Assembly (NCBI GenBank): GCA_963833575.1 | Contig: CAWHXY010000004.1 | Location: 1,088,001 to 1,152,000, forward strand | DNA: 64,000 bases | Direction: 5' to 3' | DNA from: Candidatus Bathyarchaeota archaeon | GTDB lineage: Archaea > Thermoproteota > Bathyarchaeia > Bathyarchaeales > Bathycorpusculaceae | Shown: piece after piece, positions 41,847-51,795 of the stretch | Layout: each line of letters opens with the position of its first letter | Position numbering within the stretch: position 1 is the stretch's first letter | The notes under the pieces: generated by a model | Seen by the model: only the letters and a program-made list of their open reading frames with translations | Databases searched by the model: none | What the model was told of the DNA's origin: nothing | Translations under genes and position numbers: made by a program

Positions 41847-42557
41847 ATGCCGATATTCTTTGAAAAAAAACAGCTTGTGACACCGGGAGAAATGCTCGCT
41901 GAAGGCGACTATTTACCGGGTGAAAATACGTATATGCAAGAAGGCAAAATCTACGCCCAACGAATTGGACTTGTAGATGCCGATAATAAAAAAGTAAATG
42001 TTGTTGCACTTCGGGCTTTTTATGTGCCTAAAATGGGTGACATTATAATTGGAACCGTTTTGGAAGTAGGATTTAACGGTTGGACTGTTGATATTAAATC
42101 ACCCTATACAGCGCTCCTACGTGCATCAGATGTGTTAAGCAGACCCTTTAAGCCTCAGAATGACGAGTTATCAGCAGTTCTTAACGCTGGTGATTTGATT
42201 GTTGCAAAAATCGCTTCATACGATAGAGCACATGATCCACAGCTTACTGTTGGAGAGCCTGGGTTAGGAAAAATAACTCGTGGACAAATTCTTCATGTGA
42301 CACCCACAAAGATTCCTCGTGTAATCGGTAGAAAAGGTTCAATGATTTCAATGATAAAGCAGGAAACAGGTTGTCAAATCATTTTGGGACTTAACGGTGT
42401 TGTTTTGGTCACGGGAAAAACGCTTGAGGAAGAGGAACTTGCCATAACTGCGATCAAAAAAATTGAAGATGAATCCCATACAAGTGGCCTTACAGATCGC
42501 ATAACACAGTTGCTTAAAGAAAAGAAAGTTAAAGTGGAGGAAAATAAGAATGAATGA
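41847..42557 (+). CDS. rrp4: Exosome RNA-binding subunit Rrp4
   Basis: VTPG, S1 and KH domains (RVIGRKGSM). Confidence 0.95.
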   Translation: MPIFFEKKQLVTPGEMLAEGDYLPGENTYMQEGKIYAQRIGLVDADNKKVNVVALRAFYVPKMGDIIIGTVLEVGFNGWTVDIKSPYTALLRASDVLSRPFKPQNDELSAVLNAGDLIVAKIASYDRAHDPQLTVGEPGLGKITRGQILHVTPTKIPRVIGRKGSMISMIKQETGCQIILGLNGVVLVTGKTLEEEELAITAIKKIEDESHTSGLTDRITQLLKEKKVKVEENKNE

Positions 42558-43287
42558 AAAAACTGAAAAATTAATCGATAAGAAAGGCATCAGATTAGAT
42601 GGCAGAAAAGCCGATGAACTTCGACCTTTGAAGCTTCAGGTTGGCGTTTTGTCAAACGCTGATGGTTCAGCCTATATTGAACATGGAAAAAACAAGATTT
42701 TGGCCGCAGCATTCGGTCCAAGAGAAATGCACCCGAAACATTTGTCTCAACCAGACAAAATGGTTCTGCGTTGCCGCTATCATATGGCTCCATTTTCAGT
42801 GCAAGAACGTAAATCACCTGCTCCTTCAAGAAGGGAAGTCGAACTTTCAAAAGTAATAAAGGAATGTTTAGAACCGGCATTGTTCTTGGAACTTTATCCA
42901 CGCACTGGCGTTGATGTCTATATTGAAGTATTGCAAGCTGACGGTGGAACACGATGCGCGAGCATAACCGCTGCTGCGCTTGCAATTGCCGATGCTGGGG
43001 TTCCAATGCGTGACTTAGTGGTGGGTTGTGCTGCAGGAAAAATTGACGATACCGTTGTCTTAGATTTGTATGATGCTGAAGACAAACTTGGTGCGGCAGA
43101 TGTTCCGGTAGCCTATATGCCCAGTTTGAATGCAGTTACATTGCTTCAGATGGATGGTATACTTACGACTGACGAATTTGAGAAGGCAATGAATATGGCC
43201 ATTGATGGATGTAAAAAAATCTATGAAATGCAGAAGGAAGCGTTAAAAACGAAATATATGGTTGTTAAGGAGGAAGGTGAAGAGTAA
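42550..43287 (+). CDS. rrp41: Exosome catalytic subunit Rrp41
   Basis: [26 protein letters not shown]. Confidence 0.96.
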   Translation: MNEKTEKLIDKKGIRLDGRKADELRPLKLQVGVLSNADGSAYIEHGKNKILAAAFGPREMHPKHLSQPDKMVLRCRYHMAPFSVQERKSPAPSRREVELSKVIKECLEPALFLELYPRTGVDVYIEVLQADGGTRCASITAAALAIADAGVPMRDLVVGCAAGKIDDTVVLDLYDAEDKLGAADVPVAYMPSLNAVTLLQMDGILTTDEFEKAMNMAIDGCKKIYEMQKEALKTKYMVVKEEGEE

Positions 43288-44078
43288 TGTCATCACTTGT
43301 TACTCGGGTTAAACTAAAGCAGATTGAACAGTTAATCGAGAAAGGAAAACGCTTAGACGATAGAGGCTTACATGATTACAGACCGCTCAAAATTGAGCAA
43401 GGCTTAATTGAACGCGCTGAAGGTTCAGCTAGAGCTTTCCTTGGCAAAACCGAGGTTCTTTGTGGAGTAAAAGTTGAAACCGGAGAACCTTTCCCAGACA
43501 CACCTAATGATGGAGTAATGACTGTTAACGCAGAGCTTGTTCCATTAGCTTCGCCGAATTTTGAGCCCGGACCACCAGGCGAAGACTCGGTTGAATTAGC
43601 AAGAGTTGTTGACAGGGGAATACGTGAATCACATGCTATTGACACTGAAAAACTGTGCATTGAACCAGGCAAGAAAGTCTTTGTTGTCTTTGTCGATGTC
43701 TACGTATTAAATCATGATGGAAACTTGATTGATTGCTCTGCTTTAGCTGCCATGTCTGCTTTGATGAACACCAAAATGCCTAACTACGAGTTTAAGGATG
43801 GGGAACTGAAGATGAAGCAAGGATACGTTCCATTACCGATGAAAAGTCACCCCGTAACAGTTACCATGGGCAAAATCAGCAATAATCTAATTGTTGATCC
43901 TTGGATTGAAGAAGAGCAAGTAATGGACTCACGAATATCAATGGCAATCAATGACGACAATAACATATGCGCTATACAGAAAGGCGGCTCAGGCTATTTT
44001 ACACCGCAACAGATTTTAGAAGCATCAAAGATTGCTCAAGAGAAATCTGCGGAAATACGCAAAAAACTTAATTGGTGA
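43287..44078 (+). CDS. rrp42: Exosome subunit Rrp42
   Basis: FEPGPP, ELARVVDRGIRES, HDGNL.D. Confidence 0.96.
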   Translation: MSSLVTRVKLKQIEQLIEKGKRLDDRGLHDYRPLKIEQGLIERAEGSARAFLGKTEVLCGVKVETGEPFPDTPNDGVMTVNAELVPLASPNFEPGPPGEDSVELARVVDRGIRESHAIDTEKLCIEPGKKVFVVFVDVYVLNHDGNLIDCSALAAMSALMNTKMPNYEFKDGELKMKQGYVPLPMKSHPVTVTMGKISNNLIVDPWIEEEQVMDSRISMAINDDNNICAIQKGGSGYFTPQQILEASKIAQEKSAEIRKKLNW

Positions 44079-44419
44079 AAAAAGTGCCCAAAACAAAGAA
44101 AGTAGGTCCAACTCGAGGTTTAGGACCACGCTACGGTTCAACAGTTAGAAAACGCTACATTAAAGTAATCACTGAACTCAAAAAACCCCACAAATGCCCA
44201 AACTGTGGCTTCGTACGGGTAAAACGTGAAAGCGTCGGCATCTGGAAATGCAGTAAATGCAGTTTCACTTTTGCTGGCGGAGCATATACTCCAGTAACTA
44301 AATTAGGAGTTGTTGCTAAGCGTGCAGCTAAAGGGTTGCCAGTAGAGGAAGCTACTAAAGAAGCGGCGAAAGCTGAATCTGAATCAGTTGAAGCGGTAAC
44401 TGAAGAAGAAACCGACTAA
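44072..44419 (+). CDS. rpl37ae: 50S ribosomal protein L37Ae (eL43) with acidic C-terminal tail
   Basis: GPRYG..VRK, CPNC, GIWKC.KC, GGAY.P. Confidence 0.95.
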   Translation: MVKKVPKTKKVGPTRGLGPRYGSTVRKRYIKVITELKKPHKCPNCGFVRVKRESVGIWKCSKCSFTFAGGAYTPVTKLGVVAKRAAKGLPVEEATKEAAKAESESVEAVTEEETD

Positions 44420-44462
44420 ACTTTCTTTTCTTTAATTTATTTTTTGTTTGAGTATTTTTTTT
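44420..44462 (+). terminator. Oligo-T archaeal terminator region after rpl37ae
   Basis: Several T5-T7 runs immediately after the stop. Confidence 0.5.
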
Positions 44463-44580
44463 GCAAAGTAGAACTATTTTGAGTTTTTGTTAGAGAACAG
44501 CAACAGTTGAATTGCGCGATTTTCTGAACAGTTTGGATTAGATTGCTTTTTTGAATCAAAGCTTAAATCATCTGCAAATA

Positions 44581-44650
44581 GGGACATTATTAGACAATTT
44601 TAGACAAAATTAGACAATATTAGACATTATTAGACAAAATTAGACAATAG
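44581..44650. repeat. Tandem array, 7 x 10 bp, consensus TAGACAWWAT
   Basis: gggacattat tagacaattt tagacaaaat tagacaatat tagacattat tagacaaaat tagacaatag. Confidence 0.93.
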
Positions 44651-44963
44651 ATAACTTTAAAACCTAAAAATGCTCTCCAAGAGAACAACACTCATTCTTC
44701 GATTTTCTTTTTTTGAGGTTCGAAGGTCAATAGAGCGTAGAACCAGTTTAAAATCATACCATTCAGTCAATTGTTCAGCCGAACGGCTGTAACCCAATAT
44801 AATGCTGCTTCTCTCTGTTCTTGCGGCACCTGCGGGTACCGTTAAATAATCATCAGAAATGGCAGATTAGCGACGGAGGTAAATGTTCCCACGGATTTTT
44901 CCCGAGCCTTCACAAGTCAGCAATCTTAAACTGTTATTATGTTCTATACTACTCTGTTACCAA

Positions 44964-45440
44964 ATGACACAATTATTGGAATGGAGCAAAACTAGAGTTC
45001 CGCAACGTCATGAATCTGGTTGTGTTCAAACAGGTTATGAGTGGCTTATTCGTTATTTGAAGATTCAAGGGGTAAATCTTGGGACCTTTCAGGAGGATTT
45101 TGACCTTGGGTAAAATAATAGTTTTGACTCTGTTTCAGCGAAGATTAGACGTGTATATCCTGCAATTAATATCAAAGTAAAAAGTTTCACCAAGGGAATA
45201 GACAAAGTGAACAGGATTAAATTCCTTTTAGAAGAACAAAAACCTTGCCTGATTTCATTAGCTCTGGGTAACGGTCAGGGTTGGCATATAATGCCTGTTG
45301 TACGGGTCGATGAGACTATGCAACTAATACATCATGCGGATGCTGAAGGAAACTACACTTGGGTTTTTCCTGTTGCAGAAATAGTTTGGAGACATGATTA
45401 CTTGCAAGGTGGGCATGATATATCGTGGATTGAACCATGA
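44964..45440 (+). pseudogene. C39-like cysteine peptidase interrupted by one in-frame TAA (45111-45113)
   Basis: Track ORFs 44883..45113 and 45207..45440 share a frame with an open linker; VPQRHESGC (Q..C) and GWHIMPVV (H). Confidence 0.6.
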
Positions 45441-45563
45441 AATAAATTATGAATATTGGATATTTCCAGTTAGTTAATTCCATCAAATAAAATATCTAAT
45501 ATTAAAATGGAAAATCATCATCTCATAGTTTCATCAGATTTATTATTCGCTGTCTTCATTTTT

Positions 45564-46121
45564 TTATCGTTGTACTCTCATCATTGGAAATTTGTACTTC
45601 TTTTTCTTGCCAATCATGTAACCAATGAAACCGCCAACTAACCAGCAAATGATGAGGCTGGTTAAGGAAAATAAATCAAAAGTTGTGTTTGATATTTCCC
45701 ATCTAAATCCACTTGTATTTGAAACGGACATCATTATGGCCCAGAAAACAAAACCAAGTATTGCTGCTCCAACTGTTACGTAAATTGCTTTGCCTAAGGA
45801 AAGGTTACTTTGCTCAACCTTCTGTGTGTAGTTATCTGATTCAAGTTCTGGGAAGGCAATCATTTCATCTAAAACATAGTGACCCTTTTCTGTAAGTTTA
45901 TACTGCAAGTCTGCTTGTTTAGATACTACATGCTCTCCGTCAATTGTTAGTTTTTCAAGAGTATTTAGTTGATTACTCAGTTCTTGTGTGTCCTCAATCT
46001 TCAAATTGTTTCTTAAATCATCAAAGCTTAAGCTGTCAAATTCACCAAGTTTCAGAAGTATTTTTTGGCTCAAAGCATCCTTCAGGATTTCATGCAATTG
46101 AGCAAACCTTTCATCACTCAT
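45564..46121 (-). CDS. Winged-HTH domain protein with two C-terminal TM helices
   Basis: LKD...QKILL.L...LSFDDL...YKLTEKG wing motif, then two hydrophobic segments. Confidence 0.7.
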   Translation of the reverse strand: MSDERFAQLHEILKDALSQKILLKLGEFDSLSFDDLRNNLKIEDTQELSNQLNTLEKLTIDGEHVVSKQADLQYKLTEKGHYVLDEMIAFPELESDNYTQKVEQSNLSLGKAIYVTVGAAILGFVFWAIMMSVSNTSGFRWEISNTTFDLFSLTSLIICWLVGGFIGYMIGKKKKYKFPMMRVQR

Positions 46122-46256
46122 AACACTGAGTTTTTACCTAAGTACAATTTTAGCTTATCTCAAAAGAATTCAGCTTTGGAGCAAAAGCTGGAAAGTCTTT
46201 ATTGGCTGTATTTACTTATTCCACGGCACTTGTTTCCATAGACTAGCTTAAGAAGT

Positions 46257-46709
46257 TTAGAGAGTGGGTGGTTTTTTCTTGAGAGATTCACGCATTTCTC
46301 GTATAGTTTCTTTATTATTTTCGGTTTTTAGATTTTCTTTCGCGTTTTCTTCGTTTACTTCTTTGTTGTGTCTGTCAACTCGATCATTGACTGTTTCTAC
46401 CAACTGCATAACTAATTTGATGTCTTCTTGGAGTTTTTTTGGATTAGTAATAATTGAAATTGTGTCCTCTTTCAAACTGTCTGGATAGTTGACTTCAAAT
46501 TTCGGGAAAGAATCCTGCGAGTTTTTGAGTATAGCTAATGGTTTACCTATTTTTTTCAATTCCGCTTGAAAAAGTTCTTGCCAATCCTCTTGCGGAACGC
46601 TATCTAAAGGCAATTCAACAAAAAATTTGTCATCTTTTGTGGATAATTTTCTTATGTTTAACGATTCAGGGTCAATTGCTTTTAGATTTGCCTTCTGAAT
46701 CAGGTCCAC
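46257..46709 (-). CDS. Hypothetical protein with C-terminal coiled coil
   Basis: 150-aa ORF, charged helical C-terminus. Confidence 0.6.
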   Translation of the reverse strand: MDLIQKANLKAIDPESLNIRKLSTKDDKFFVELPLDSVPQEDWQELFQAELKKIGKPLAILKNSQDSFPKFEVNYPDSLKEDTISIITNPKKLQEDIKLVMQLVETVNDRVDRHNKEVNEENAKENLKTENNKETIREMRESLKKKPPTL

Positions 46710-46831
46710 GATTGTTCGCCCTCAAGCATATGAGTTTGAATCCCCCTTTAAATTTTTGTGCAAACACAGCATTTGCGTTAGGACACATTAATTAGACGTA
46801 ATGGCAAAGTGTTATTTGAGGTAAAAATGAA

Positions 46832-47035
46832 ATGCCAATAGTTCAAGTTTCTGTTTGGGAAGGAATGACTCTTGAGAACAAGAGGAAAACAGTTGAGGGA
46901 ATAACTAAGGTTTTTGTAGATTTAGGGGTTCCTAAGGAAGCAGTTGAGATTGTGATTTATGAAGCGCCAAAGAGTAATTGGGCAACTGGTGGACAATTGC
47001 ATTCAGAAAGACATGCAAGTACGCCATCGCTATAA
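46832..47035 (+). CDS. 4-oxalocrotonate tautomerase family protein
   Basis: N-terminal Pro (MPIVQV), KRK.VEGIT, NWATGG; GAGGT RBS. Confidence 0.9.
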   Translation: MPIVQVSVWEGMTLENKRKTVEGITKVFVDLGVPKEAVEIVIYEAPKSNWATGGQLHSERHASTPSL

Positions 47036-47040
47036 ACTCG

Positions 47041-47230
47041 GTGGTTAAGAAGAAAACAAAAACTAAGATGGTTCAGGTTTCCTGCATGGACAGTACACGG
47101 AGTGGTTTGATTGTTTATGTTTGTAAACCGTATCCTTGTCATCAACCGCGCTGACAACCAAGATTAGGTGCCCGCAATGTCTGCATCTCATGGATAATTT
47201 TCTCGTTAGAATTTGTTATAAGTCTGCTGG
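47041..47230 (+). pseudogene. Probable decayed, frameshifted second copy of rpl37ae
   Basis: VVKKKTKTKMV...TRSGLIV..KPY /frameshift/ STALTTKIRCPQC aligns by eye with MVKKVPKTKKV...PRYGSTV.KRY...TELKKPHKCPNC. Confidence 0.4.
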
Positions 47231-47783
47231 AAAAACATCAGAAGATACTCGTTTTGAACCCCATGAACAAGCTTATTCTGAAGAGTCTTGGTTCTTTGTT
47301 AGGCTAAAGCGCGCAGGAGACAGATCTTCAAAGAAAGGGGTGACTATACATACGCGAACTCATTTCTCGCGATGAAAAAAGCGTTAAGCTTAAGTATTAA
47401 CAAAAATAAAGTCACTAAAACACCTGATTTAGGAAGTTAGCTTATGCGTTTGGCGTGGATTTTGCTGATTTTGTCGATTATTCTCAATTGATTTTCATTG
47501 CTTTACTGATTTAGGATTTGAATTGGTTGCAGGCTGCGTCACCGTTCGTCAACACTCGTCACATTCGGCCAAAAAGCATCATCTTCAACATTTGGCTGTT
47601 TGTTCGTCCTTGAAAAAATTACTGACACGCAATTTAATAACAAACGAGGATCATTTAAGCTCTAAGACTTCATTTAGTCGAGTGACACGACACATTGATG
47701 TAAAAAAAGGTATTATCCTTGTTGCTGGGCAATCTAAAGATAAATTTTGTTTATTACTTTGAACTTCTTGTTTAAACTTAGGT

Positions 47784-48056
47784 GTGTTTATGACGTTTAG
47801 GGCAAAGGCTGTCGTAAGCTTAAGATTCTCGTCAGAAAAACAGCTAACAACGCTTCTTAATGCTTTGAAGCCTGAGACCAAGGCGTTATCTACCAGGCGA
47901 GCTAACGTAAAATTAGACATAGATGGCCTATTTCTCTTGCTGACGATTGATGCCGAGGACACGGTTGCTTTACGCTCAACGCTAAATGCTTACTTGAGGT
48001 GGATAAACTCAACAATTAACGTAATAGCGATTGTTGAACAGGCGACCTTAAAGTGA
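47784..48056 (+). CDS. pcc1: KEOPS complex subunit Pcc1
   Basis: ALKPE, I.AED.VALRSTLNAYLRWI. Confidence 0.88.
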   Translation: MFMTFRAKAVVSLRFSSEKQLTTLLNALKPETKALSTRRANVKLDIDGLFLLLTIDAEDTVALRSTLNAYLRWINSTINVIAIVEQATLK

Positions 48057-48134
48057 AATGCTTAATCCTCAGATTGCAAAGAAAATCAGTTCTCTCGTAA
48101 ATTTGAGAAGGCGTTTTTTTTTGACTGGTAACTT

Positions 48135-48392
48135 TTATTTGTATTTTACTTTAAGCATCATGATTACGAGTGCTTGGATGAAAGCTAGCGAATTCGCAAG
48201 AATAATCACGACGTCGTTTCGGTAGACTCCATAAACAAACCATAACAGAACGCCACCGCAATAAAGCATGAACATTCCAATGCTGATATCTTTGGTTGAT
48301 TTTGTTTTCCAAACTTTAATTAACTGTGGAAGAAGTGCGACTGTGGTGAAGGAAGCGGCAATTAAGCCAATGATTGTTGTGGTATCCATCAT
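48135..48392 (-). CDS. SemiSWEET (PQ-loop/MtN3) transporter
   Basis: TT.ALLPQ.IK..KTKSTKDIS, W..YG, AN motifs; three TM. Confidence 0.9.
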   Translation of the reverse strand: MMDTTTIIGLIAASFTTVALLPQLIKVWKTKSTKDISIGMFMLYCGGVLLWFVYGVYRNDVVIILANSLAFIQALVIMMLKVKYK

Positions 48393-48580
48393 GCTCTTGT
48401 CTCTAACGTGTAGGCGATTGGTATTTACATTTCGCTTATCAAAAGGGAACTATCATGGGGAAACAAAATAATCTGAATTGCTGTTTGACGGTTGATGTTG
48501 GCATCTCGTCAAAAAGGTTTAAATAAATACTGACTTATTCCCTATATGCTTTAACATAAAAAAACGGATGAAAACTTAGC

Positions 48581-49072
48581 ATGTCACAGGAATATCGTTA
48601 CATTCTGCGTATTATGGGCACCGATGTTCAAGGTACCCTTAAGACTTCTTACGCAGTCGCACAAATAAAAGGTGTAAGCATGAGCCTCTCAAACGCAATT
48701 TTGAAAAAGGCAGGAGTGAACCCTGACCTCCGAGTAGGCTTCATAACAGAATCAGATATTTCAAAAATAGAAGACGTTATCCAGGAACCAGCGAAATATA
48801 ACCTACCGGTCTGGATGTTTAATAGGCGAAAAGACACGGAAACTGGAAAAGACTTACATCTTTTGAGTGCTGACCTTGCTTTAAGAACAAAACAGGATAT
48901 TGATGAAGCTAAAAACATCAGGTCGTGGCGTGGATACCGCCATGCATACAGCCTGAAAGTCCGTGGGCAACATACAAAAACCACTGGAAGAGCAGGCAAA
49001 GCTTTAGGAGTAAAGAAGAAGACTCTCATGCAGAAGCCTGGTGGAGCACCCGCAGCTGAAGGAGGCAAATAA
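48581..49072 (+). CDS. rps13: 30S ribosomal protein S13
   Basis: [17 protein letters not shown]...LKVRGQ.TKTTGR. Confidence 0.97.
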   Translation: MSQEYRYILRIMGTDVQGTLKTSYAVAQIKGVSMSLSNAILKKAGVNPDLRVGFITESDISKIEDVIQEPAKYNLPVWMFNRRKDTETGKDLHLLSADLALRTKQDIDEAKNIRSWRGYRHAYSLKVRGQHTKTTGRAGKALGVKKKTLMQKPGGAPAAEGGK

Positions 49073-49074
49073 TC

Positions 49075-49665
49075 GTGGGCGATCCAAAGAAGCAGCGTAA
49101 AAAGTTTGATACGCCACGATTCCGATGGCGTAAAGATATTCTCCAAGAAGAACTCAAGCTTCTAGGGCAATACGGCTTAAGGAATAAGCATGAGCTTTGG
49201 CGGCTAAAAACTACTCTATCAAAAACCAGAGGTATCGCTCGTTCTCTTATCAGTAAAACTCCTGAAGAAAGAGCAAAAATGGAAAATGAGCAAGTGGTCA
49301 AGCTCAAAAAACTTGGAATATTGCAAGAAACAGCCGTACTGGACAATGTTTTAGACTTAACCATAGAAGATATTTTAGAACGTCGACTTCAGACGATTGT
49401 TTTCCGCAAAGGTTTAGCACGAACAGTCTTCCAGTCACGTCAATTAATTACACATGGGCACGTAACAATTAATGGTCGACGAGTAACAATTCCCGGCTAC
49501 TTAGTACTTAAAGCTGATGAACCAAATGTTGTCTATTCCCCAGAGAGCGCAGTTGCAAACCAAGCCCACCCGCTGAGGGCTGGGTTGTCAGTGGTGGCTA
49601 AACAGCCAGAAATTAGGCAGCCTACCAGAGGCCGAAGAGGCGGACGAGGAGGCGGAAGATTCTGA
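49075..49665 (+). CDS. rps4: 30S ribosomal protein S4
   Basis: [30 protein letters not shown]. Confidence 0.97.
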   Translation: MGDPKKQRKKFDTPRFRWRKDILQEELKLLGQYGLRNKHELWRLKTTLSKTRGIARSLISKTPEERAKMENEQVVKLKKLGILQETAVLDNVLDLTIEDILERRLQTIVFRKGLARTVFQSRQLITHGHVTINGRRVTIPGYLVLKADEPNVVYSPESAVANQAHPLRAGLSVVAKQPEIRQPTRGRRGGRGGGRF

Positions 49666-50069
49666 GCGCCAGCAATAGTAAACGTAATGAGAAATGGGCT
49701 ATCGTTCACATCTTTAGCTCTTACAACAACACCTTGATCCACGTGACTGACATTTCAGGCGCAGAAACAATCGCCCGCACAAGCGGCGGTATGTTCGTCA
49801 AAGCAGACAGGATGGAATCTTCACCATACGCTGCTATGCGTGCAGCCACAGGTGCGGCTGAAGTAGCCCGAGATAAAGGAATAACCGCTATTCACATCAA
49901 AGTTCGAGCGCCAGGCGGTTCAGGACCAAGAACTCCAGGACCAGGTGCACAAGCAGCCATACGTGCTTTAGCGAGATTCGGTTTCAGAATTGAACGCATT
50001 GAAGAGGTTACACCGATTCCCCACGACGGCACAAGAAGGCCTGGGGGCAGAAGAGGAAGAAGAGTCTAA
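49662..50069 (+). CDS. rps11: 30S ribosomal protein S11, probable non-canonical CTG (or ATT at 49659) start
   Basis: Conserved [15 protein letters not shown] lies upstream of the track's TTG at 49734; [18 protein letters not shown]. Confidence 0.93.
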   Translation: MSASNSKRNEKWAIVHIFSSYNNTLIHVTDISGAETIARTSGGMFVKADRMESSPYAAMRAATGAAEVARDKGITAIHIKVRAPGGSGPRTPGPGAQAAIRALARFGFRIERIEEVTPIPHDGTRRPGGRRGRRV

Positions 50070-50160
50070 TCTCAATTTCCCTTCTTTATTAACAGAAAAA
50101 TTGAAATAATGCACCAATATCTCTATTGAAACGCAAGGTAATTATAGTAACCTTATTGGA

Positions 50161-50988
50161 GTGTCTCAGCAAGTGAAAATTGAAATCATTGAAAAAAACG
50201 ATAACAACCTCCGGTTGATCGTTCGTGAAGCAGATGTTCCGTTAATGAATGCTCTGCGTCGAATAGCACTCGCTGAGGTTCCATGCATGGCAATTGAAGA
50301 AGTTGTCATGATTGAAAACTCTTCGATTTTACAGGATGAAATAATCGCTCACAGATTAGGATTAACCCCGCTAAGAACTGATCTTGATGCTTACAGTACC
50401 CCCGAAGAATGCAAATGCCAAAGCGAATTTGGCTGTCCTTCATGTCGGGTTACACTTACACTAGATGCTGAAGCTAAAGATGGAACAAGAACAGTTTATT
50501 CAGGAGAAATCGTTTCCGATAACCCAGAAATTATTCCAGTTTCAGATAGAATTCCAATAATAAAATTAGCGAAAAACCAAAAACTAAAGCTTGAAGCTTA
50601 CGCACGGCTTGGCAGAGGCAAAACACACGCAAAATGGCAACCTGTTTCAATGTGTGCCTACAAATATTTCCCAAAAATAAGTACTCCAACTGAGAAATGT
50701 GAAGAATGCACAAAATGCGCTGACATCTGCCCCAAAAAAGTTTATTCAGTTAATGATGCAAAGATTGCTGTCAGAGACATTTTAGCATGTAATCTTTGCA
50801 TGGACTGTGTTGAAGCTTGCCCCAAGAAACCATCTCCATTAACGGTTGAATGGGAAAAGAACGCTTTCATAATGAATATTGAGTCAACAGGTGCGCTTCC
50901 GCCAGAACGTATACTAAAAGAAGCAACCAAACAATTAGGTAAAGAACTAAATGAACTTGAAGAATTATTAAAGGCTGAACCACAATGA
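50161..50988 (+). CDS. rpoD: RNA polymerase subunit D (Rpo3) with ferredoxin-like insert
   Basis: NALRR....EVP, AHRLGL.P, HAKWQP; two CxxCxxCxxxCP motifs. Confidence 0.95.
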   Translation: MSQQVKIEIIEKNDNNLRLIVREADVPLMNALRRIALAEVPCMAIEEVVMIENSSILQDEIIAHRLGLTPLRTDLDAYSTPEECKCQSEFGCPSCRVTLTLDAEAKDGTRTVYSGEIVSDNPEIIPVSDRIPIIKLAKNQKLKLEAYARLGRGKTHAKWQPVSMCAYKYFPKISTPTEKCEECTKCADICPKKVYSVNDAKIAVRDILACNLCMDCVEACPKKPSPLTVEWEKNAFIMNIESTGALPPERILKEATKQLGKELNELEELLKAEPQ

Positions 50989-51347
50989 AGGAAACTAATA
51001 GTACAAACCCAGAATTGATCACGCTTATCCGTCTTCTAAAGAAAGAAAGTAGAGAAAAACAAGCAGGCATCTGGCTAGACATAGCTGAATACCTTTCTAA
51101 AACACGTAGTCAACGCATCTCTGTTAACTTGAGCACTGTAAACAGGAATACAAAGCGAAGTGATGTGGTTGTGGTTCCAGGCAAACTTCTGGGGTCAGGC
51201 AGTATAGACCATGCAGTAACAGTAGCGGCATTTGGTGCTTCCCAGAAAGCGAAAGATAAGCTTTTTGTTGCAAAAGCAAAATACCTTTCAATTCCTGAGC
51301 TCATGGAGAAGAATCCTAAGGGCGCAAACGTAAGAATTATTCGGTGA
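50985..51347 (+). CDS. rpl18e: 50S ribosomal protein L18e
   Basis: TNP.L, VNLS, VVPGKLLGSG. Confidence 0.95.
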   Translation: MKETNSTNPELITLIRLLKKESREKQAGIWLDIAEYLSKTRSQRISVNLSTVNRNTKRSDVVVVPGKLLGSGSIDHAVTVAAFGASQKAKDKLFVAKAKYLSIPELMEKNPKGANVRIIR

Positions 51348-51793
51348 AAAAAATGCAAACAATAAAACCCACAGTAGTAAATGCTGAAGGATTAATAGTT
51401 GGTCGAATGTGCAGCAAAGTTGCCAAACGATTACTAAATGGCGAAGAAGTCATTATTCTTAATGCTGAAAAAGCAGTGTTTTCAGGTAAAAAGAAAAGCA
51501 AAATCTTAGAAGCTCATATATTCCTTGAAGTTGGCGCTCCAGAACGAGGTCCATTCCATTATCGAAGACCTGACCGTTTTCTACGAAAAACCGTAAGAGG
51601 TATGGTTCCGTTCAAGCAGCCTAAAGGCAAAAACGCTTACAAAAGGCTAAAAGTATTCATGGGTGTACCTCTTGAGCTTAAAAATCAACAAATGATTACA
51701 TTCGAAGAAGCTTCATCTGCCAATCTGAAGGGTCCACATTTTACCCTTGGAGAATTAGCAAAAGAAATCGGATGGAGAAACAGGATGGAATAA
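51344..51793 (+). CDS. rpl13: 50S ribosomal protein L13
   Basis: GRMCSKVAK.LL.G, GPFHYRRPD, VRGMVP. Confidence 0.95.
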   Translation: MKKMQTIKPTVVNAEGLIVGRMCSKVAKRLLNGEEVIILNAEKAVFSGKKKSKILEAHIFLEVGAPERGPFHYRRPDRFLRKTVRGMVPFKQPKGKNAYKRLKVFMGVPLELKNQQMITFEEASSANLKGPHFTLGELAKEIGWRNRME

Positions 51794-51795
51794 TT

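Noticed and set aside
44581-44650. 10-bp arrays (also 31111-31180) as CRISPR arrays
   Set aside because: Units are contiguous with no unique spacers, are far shorter than CRISPR repeats, and no cas genes are present.
44664-44864. Minus-strand open stretch SAISDDYLTVPAGAART...WYDFKLVLRSID
   Set aside because: No start codon after the upstream stop and no recognisable family; at most a gene remnant.
45111-45113. Stop-codon recoding (Sec/Pyl) in the split peptidase
   Set aside because: The codon is TAA, which is used as a normal stop throughout the window.
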